Assembly (NCBI GenBank): GCA_025201805.1
Contig: MU619370.1
Location: 30,172-88,004, forward strand
DNA length: 57,833 bases
DNA from: Parasitella parasitica NRRL 2501
Lineage: Eukaryota > Fungi > Mucoromycota
Direction of reading: 5' to 3'
Positions 50,845 to 57,833 of the stretch are shown here, piece after piece. The position numbers and the translations under genes are program-made. The notes below the pieces were generated by a model that had not been told where the DNA came from, searched no databases, and worked only from the letters and a program-made list of their open reading frames with translations. How positions within the stretch are numbered: position 1 is the first letter of the stretch; each line of letters starts with the position of its first letter.

Positions 50845-53469
50845 TTAGTACATGTTGCTTATTTTAAATTCGCTCGAATAACCATTGTGTGGAACGATTT
50901 TTCTTCAACATCTCATTAGCAAAAACTCCATGATAAGGAACTCATATATACTTACTTGCTAAAAGCCGTTCTGCTGTTTCCCATGTAGCCTAATCGGTAA
51001 ATGCCAGGTTCGACATTATTCGAAACATGCCACTCAACCTTGGCTTCTGACATGCCTAACAATTGATATGTGTATTTCCAGATAAATCTATTAGCATGTG
51101 AGTTTTTTTCCTTGCAATCTAACTTTGACCCCCTTATATACCTAGTATCATAGTCATTATCTGTCCGTATCACTGTCCACTGATTGTTTACTTTCTTTTC
51201 AACAGTTAAAAACGTCTTGCTAAGCATTGGATCATTTCGAGGATTGCCAGCGACAAAAGTAGCAGACACAACAAATGGAGTGGGTAATGTTCTCTTACTG
51301 TAGTAAGGAGAGACATCTTCAAGTACATCACCAAAGGAACGGAAAATGTGCGGCTGATCCGATCTGTATCTAGGAGAGAAATTGAATCCTTGTTTCGTGT
51401 AGTCTGGTAGCTTTTCTGACTTGATGGCATGATTATTAGGATTCGCCATCATAAAAACTAGTTGATCGAAAGCTTCTATGTATGCCTGTAATGTATATGG
51501 ACCATATGGAGTCTATTTTATATATAAAAGAGTCAATATGCGTATGTGCTTTTCAGATCTGAAGATTAATACCGATGCTCCTTCATATCGCTGATGCTGA
51601 TATTCTTCAAATGTTGAACAATAAGACTAACAAGCAGGTAAATGTCAGGACAATGTAGTTTACAAATACAAAATGCCATTAGTACATACGGCATATCCAT
51701 TAGCAGGGCCAGAATGAATGACTACTGTGTTTTGATCGCCCAATCGATGCTGGATCAATGATTTCTTTATCGACGCTCTCAATCGTCTTCCACTCATAGT
51801 AGTAAACTCTGAGGGTACCGCGTAAATGAATAAATTTCCTATACGGAACAGTTGGATATCCAAGATTTCTGGTTGCCAAGGGTGCAATGTCCCAATTTCT
51901 CCTGTATCTAACAAAATAGGTTTTGGTGATTGACATGCTTTTTGCGTTTCAGTTGGTTTTTGGATGATATTTTTGATTAAATTCCAACCAAATGTTCCTT
52001 TTGTCGTATTTTGATAAAATCCATTAAGTGCAGGGCCATCAGTAGTTCCGGCAGCTGTGTATAATATTATATTAGTCTAAAATGTGCTTAATAAAAGGAG
52101 GCATGATCTTACCAAAAGCATAGCCCTAATATTCTTGTTAATGATATCATATATGCATTTTGTAATATGTTCTTACCATCGCCGGATAACAAAGTTTATG
52201 CTGATCTCCATTCTGATCCTTGACGATAGCTTTTGTAATATCCCAATATCGTTGCACAAAATCAACCTTCCCTTGCACTGGCTGTGCTGACAATATAGCA
52301 TGATATAGTTCCAGCGCCTTGAATGCCTGATTTTCCCCAATGATCCGATTTGATTGTAAATCACTCTTCGGCCATGCAGGTCCCCTTGATAAAAATTTTA
52401 AGAATTATGAGTTTTAATTGCGGCCCAAACATAGCGGCATGTGGTGGTGTTACCTGCCAACACATCTGCTGCCATTGGGGCATTTTGAGTCGCGAGTTCC
52501 ATCACAGGGTGTGTCAGTTCCTGTACAGAAAGCACCAAGCGTATTGGGGCTCACATCTCCTTCGTTACTTTGAGCAAATGCAGCTACAAATTTTCCGTGG
52601 CTATATCTGCCGCCGTTCACCATTTTCTCTGTAAGATAGGCAGCGTAGCCTTTGTTGTCTCCATTGACTAGTTTGTTTGTGTTATTGACAGATACACCAT
52701 GTACAGCGAACCTATGTATTACGTAAGATATTGGTACGAGTAAAAACCACAATTGAGGCTTTTAGAACATACCAGCTAATGAGGCCTAGGTCATCACCTG
52801 CTTTATTTTTGAAGCCAAGGACTGTCATGGTTTTATCGACATCATATTTATAAAATGACCTCTCTTCTTTGGGGTTCATCAGATACGCTTGTGGTGATCT
52901 GTTGATATTTGTGTTTAATAATTCCCCTTGAGATAGCGCAAGTGATCCATCTTCAAGGTTATCATGTGCATTGATGATCGATTGCACAATACCATCTACC
53001 ATCGGTTTTACTGTTTCTTCAATCCAGCCCAAAGATGCAAATTCATACAAGGCTTTCATTCGAGTTGGTAAATAATTTGATTACGATATATAGGCTAAAA
53101 ATACCTACTATATTGCAGATATCCTCCCATACCGCTGTGCGAATGTGTGCTAGATATCATGACGTTTTTCTCTGTATACAATGCTCCATATCTCGCTTCC
53201 AATGCATCGATAACTCGTTTTTTAACGATGTCGCCCATTGATTGTGTATCCGTATTTACAAATACAATTCGATTGTCTTTATCCTGTACGATGAACGAGC
53301 GAGCCCAAAGCCGTTGAAGAATTCCTTGTCCTGTCTGCCCCATTTCTGCGTATCCCATCAGCATGACTTGTGCCACAGGTCCAGTTATATCATATATTCC
53401 TGCTCCAATGCGATAACTGTACACTGCCGTTGCTAAAACGAGTATTGATAGTGAATATAAATACATCAT
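50845..53469 (-). CDS. Secreted neutral/alkaline ceramidase
   Basis: Signal peptide; IGAGIYDITGP, STHSHSG, NINRSP, FAVHGVS, GDVSPN, GTTDGP, EFTTMSGRRLR, QRYEGAST; about 8 introns. Confidence 0.95.
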
Positions 53470-56400
53470 TGCTTGATTTTGATTTATGAATTGAGCCAAA
53501 TGAACGTATTGATGTAGTTTCGGGAAATGCCAATTGCTAGGAAATATTATATATACCGTAATAAAGAAAAAAAAAGAAAAAAGAGGATAGTAAGCTTTAT
53601 TTATTGGCAACATTGGGTATTTATGCTTGATAAACACTTTCAACCCTCGTGATATGCAGATATGATAAAAAATGCGTAGTCGAATCTTGGAAATGCACAT
53701 CTGATTCCTTTTTTTCTAAATAGTCTTTTAAATGTCTAAATTCCTCATTGATGGTAACCAGATTCATTGCTTCATCAGAGTTCAGTTGTTGAATATATGA
53801 AGATATAACGTTTTAAATATCTTGAAAAGACATGTTTGTTCATGTGAAAAATTACGTAATTCACTTGGAAAACTCCAAATTGGCATATAGTACCTTTACA
53901 ATATTCATGGCACATCTGATTCGATTTGAAAGTTCAGTCAGTGACGGGTGATACAAAATGAGAGGAGTATTATAGCCTAGTTCAATCGACCAGCATGAGT
54001 TATCAAGTGACCACATTCATTAATACAGTTTTATGCTGTAATCCAAGGAGAAAGGGGGGGGGGATAACACACCGCCTGAAAGCTCAAATAAAAAAGGCAG
54101 CATATCGTATAGTTTCATTGATAACTAGACTTTATGCCACATAAGTTCATAAAGGGACGCTAAGCTGAACATACTTGGGACAACTTATGAAGATACTCTG
54201 TATCAGCTCATTCCGACCACAATGAAATCTGTTTCCTTATTCCCTAAAGAAGCCTAATTCTGGCGCGAGATATATAATCAAAAGGCAAACAATTCACTAT
54301 CGAAATAGTTCAAGCAGACTATTTTCTCTTGACCAAGTAAGCTTCAGATATTATACACGGCAATTTATCTTGTTGGAAAAAAAATATTGTTGTTGTACTT
54401 AGAAGGCTTTTAAATTCGTTGAAAATGAATAGTTTCTTTCGTTGGCAATGAGAGGAATAGGCTATAGAAACCATTCGGTTCAGAAGCGCTAAAGCCTATT
54501 ATTAAAAAGAAAAGGAGACACAAAAACTCAAAATAGCTTTAATTTTAATATCTAATGTTTCCAAACCTTGGTTATTTGTAGCATTATTTATATCCATTAT
54601 GAACATAGTTGAGGATGTATGGACTTGACTCTTTGCCTGATGTATATATCATATTCTTTTCATAATCTTAGGCCATCGCAAAAAAAAAAATTTAAATGCA
54701 CATCAGTGCAATGGACATTAGAATCATACAAAAATTGAAATAAAAGCTTTCATACTGTAATAGGATTATCATCGCTTTGCTCAAATACAACTTTTCAGTT
54801 CAATGATTGATAAGATTATCTAAATAATTCTTTTAGGTAGGTTTTCCTAAATTATCCCAGTAAATGAAGCTAAACATATGTCAATCAACTTCTAGGAAAC
54901 CTTTTACTTAATTACGGATTTCGGGTTCACAAACTCGCCTAGTACCATATTAACAAGATAATCGAACGCTCTAATCTCTTCAAACATAGCCAAAACAAAA
55001 AAAAATTGCTGGCTGATGGCATATAAGCTTATAGCAAGTACCAGATTTCACAAAAACCATATCTGAGAATGTTGTGGAATGTATATTGGTATATGACATA
55101 TGCTCTTCAAGGTTAAATTCAGCAAGAAACCGGAACCAAATATATGTTTTTTTTTGAAAGCTTTACTAAGACTCATACATTTTTTTTTAGTTTTCCACCA
55201 TAATAGTAGGCGTGACATAGATGTGGAAGTTAGAGATAGATATGAGTACAATGGAATGACATCACTAAAAGCAATTAATCTCTAAACGTTAAGATTCGAT
55301 GTTGTAGCTCCAAAGCCAACCTATTCAGAATGTAAAGGACACTGCCAGAATGTACGAGAAGGTGGCATGGTATAAAGATTCACGTAGCAAAACATTATGT
55401 AAAGAATATTTCCAATACCTTCAATACTTTCAAGAGCTGTCTGATTGGTACACGACAATTAATCACATATCTGTCGTCAATAGTAAAAAGATCATGTATT
55501 TTTTTAAATCATTAAAACTTTAGCCTTCTTTATTTGATTATCTTATTACTAGAATATTGCATCAAATGTCAAATGAAATAAGTAGTACATATCTGCAATA
55601 AAATTGAGATCAATTTTATGTGAAAATAGAAAACAGTAAAAAAAAATAAAGCCAGAGAAATACAATTATATTATAGTTCTCCACGTTTATTTTCGATTAA
55701 AAGAAATCTATAGAAAGGATACACGTTCTTTAAAAGAGCTTGTTTTTATAATACTTGTAAAATATCCTCACTACAGCGAGAATGCTTATTTTACAGCTTA
55801 TTTGAAAATGCCTTTTGTTGACATTCTCTCACTTGTATTGCAGTTGAGATTTCGATACGTTGGTGATTTATCAGAATGAGAAATTATTTAAATAAAACGG
55901 TTGTAAATTAATCAGGTAAAGATCTCGTTTATTACATGGAAAAAATGACGGTTTATATACTAGTGAATCTAAGTGGACTGATGGGACGATAAGATACAAG
56001 TGTGAAACATGGTGTGATTTAGAGAATGGAACGATAGATTGTATCTATTGTCCATGAACATGCCATGTTGAGTTATAAATAAGGAACATGATCTATTGGG
56101 ATATGTTCCTAAATTATGTTCAGGATTGAGCTTCCTTGAGTTTGACTTCCGGTTGGGAAATTGACACATCAGTTGGTATTGAAGTTAATACTATGGTTTG
56201 GGGAGGATTGTAATGTTTGAGGATCCCAACTATTTCTAATGCTACTAAGCTTTTCTTATTGTTGTATAAACAAGCCATTTCCAGCATCTAGAGTTACTGC
56301 AATTGTTTATACATGTTTGGAACTTGTTTATTTGTGATTATGAGCAGCGTTGTTCAACATTAGCATGTGCCAGAGTTGTAGGAGATTGTACTTTGATCAA

Positions 56401-57833
56401 GAGTGCAAGCTTCTACAAATACTTGTTAATGTCTATTTGTGCTTTTCATGTATTTGATTCCTGAATGGATCAGCCATGATTCATTTGGATTTTATTTCAA
56501 TGTAATTTTGGTTCCATTTCATTACGATATTGTTGAAGCTCAACATTACAAATAATGCTATTAAAATAAGCCGATACAAAAATATTAATAATGTGTCTTA
56601 TCTTATACATGTAGCGCTGGCAGTCAATTATTAAAGCTATCTTCTGTGATATCAATAACATGCTATAGGGCTTGTAGCCAGATCAAGGGGCTAAAGCCAA
56701 TGTGCGTCGGTGAATCAGGAATTTACACCGCATGCTTAGTATATCTTAGTTACAGTCGTACATTATGATATTAGCAGATAATGTTGGTTTATATAAATAC
56801 ATCCGAAAGATGTATTTCTAATAATAAATTATATATAAAAGGTAATACTTTGACAGATTCATTTTACTGCTTTTTTATTTTAACGTAACATATTCAGTGA
56901 CAGTGTTGGTATTAGAGCGTTGCGAAATTAGTGGCTTTTGAAGAAATAATATTTGTTAAATTTTTTTATTCTCTCTGTTGGATCAGAAAGACAATAAAAA
57001 CCAAATGTTAACGAAATACGAAAACTTAAGGATAATTTATTTAAGATCCAAATTGCATCTGCTATTTATACTTTTTTCAGTGATATATACGAATAATTGC
57101 TATACAAAAATATATATAGTAGTTATAAATTGACAGATAGTATGTTTGCCGACTGTAAAAACAAAGAGATACTATTCAATAATATAAAGTCCGTAGAAAA
57201 GGACTAGTTCCCTGTAGTATAAATAAATATACACTAGAGAGGAATGTATGTAAAATAATGTAAAGTTAAGTCTACGATAGAAAAAGGTTCTTTATTATCC
57301 ATGTTGACATATGCAAAGCATATGCAACTTGCAGTAATAAGATCGATCAATTACTATATAAAGATGTGTAATCAAAAATGTACACTACAGCTACTTGCAC
57401 ATATCAACAGCTACATAAATTTATGGTGGCTTATTTAGATTACTAATTGACAAGACTAATTCACAGTGACAATCTACTTGACAGGGTGCAGCGAAACGCA
57501 GTAAAAAAAGTGTAAAAAAGCAAGATACGATTAAAATCCTTCTTTATTTTGAAAGTAGATTGAATGTGCAATAAGCTGTTATTTTATATCTCTATTTATA
57601 TTATTTGAGTGTCGTCTTACTAGCAGACAATTGTTTCGTTATTTCTTAACCGTTCCATTATTCTTTATATGTTGTGTTATGAATTCTAATCAGCCGTTCT
57701 GGCTTAGTAGTAAACTATCATACTACTTGTTGGGTTGATTAGAGATGGTCATTCATCAGGTCAATAGGATAATTCTATCGTAGCTATTCTAATCTTACGT
57801 GAGTGTGAATATTATTGAGTTGTTTATTGACGT

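Noticed and set aside
29603-53469. Lipid-metabolism gene cluster (acyl-CoA synthetase, MBOAT, JEN1, ceramidase)
   Set aside because: The genes are spread over 24 kb with unrelated genes between them, and no shared motif is visible. Synteny or co-expression data would be needed.
53700-57833. Gene-free AT-rich terminal 4 kb as a possible centromere core
   Set aside because: No flanking full-length LINEs or recognisable centromeric motif; short ORFs here lack coding signatures.

Overview
Eukaryotic, AT-rich, gene-dense fungal DNA with short (~50-100 nt) spliceosomal introns. Gene families and the LINE type suggest a Mucorales (Mucor-like) genome; this is inference. About 18 protein-coding genes can be reconstructed by hand-splicing: a Cys-rich single-pass membrane protein, a bHLH-ZIP factor, a coiled-coil protein, two tandem chitin/polysaccharide deacetylases, an Ssr4-like SWI/SNF subunit head-to-head with proteasome alpha7, a hybrid histidine kinase, a group II NDK-domain protein with a long disordered tail, a long-chain acyl-CoA synthetase, a FAR1/WRKY-GCM1-type transcription factor, an MBOAT acyltransferase, a JEN1-type transporter, RPB6, a neutral ceramidase and hypotheticals. 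Transposon relics include a 5'-truncated LINE, a palindrome-rich non-autonomous element and a 19-bp phased repeat array. The most notable unannotated item is a spliced 32-codon gene at 10738-10893 that encodes little more than one CCHC zinc knuckle and is invisible to the ORF track. No tRNA, rRNA or CRISPR array was recognised. All assignments are from motif recognition by eye, with no database searches.
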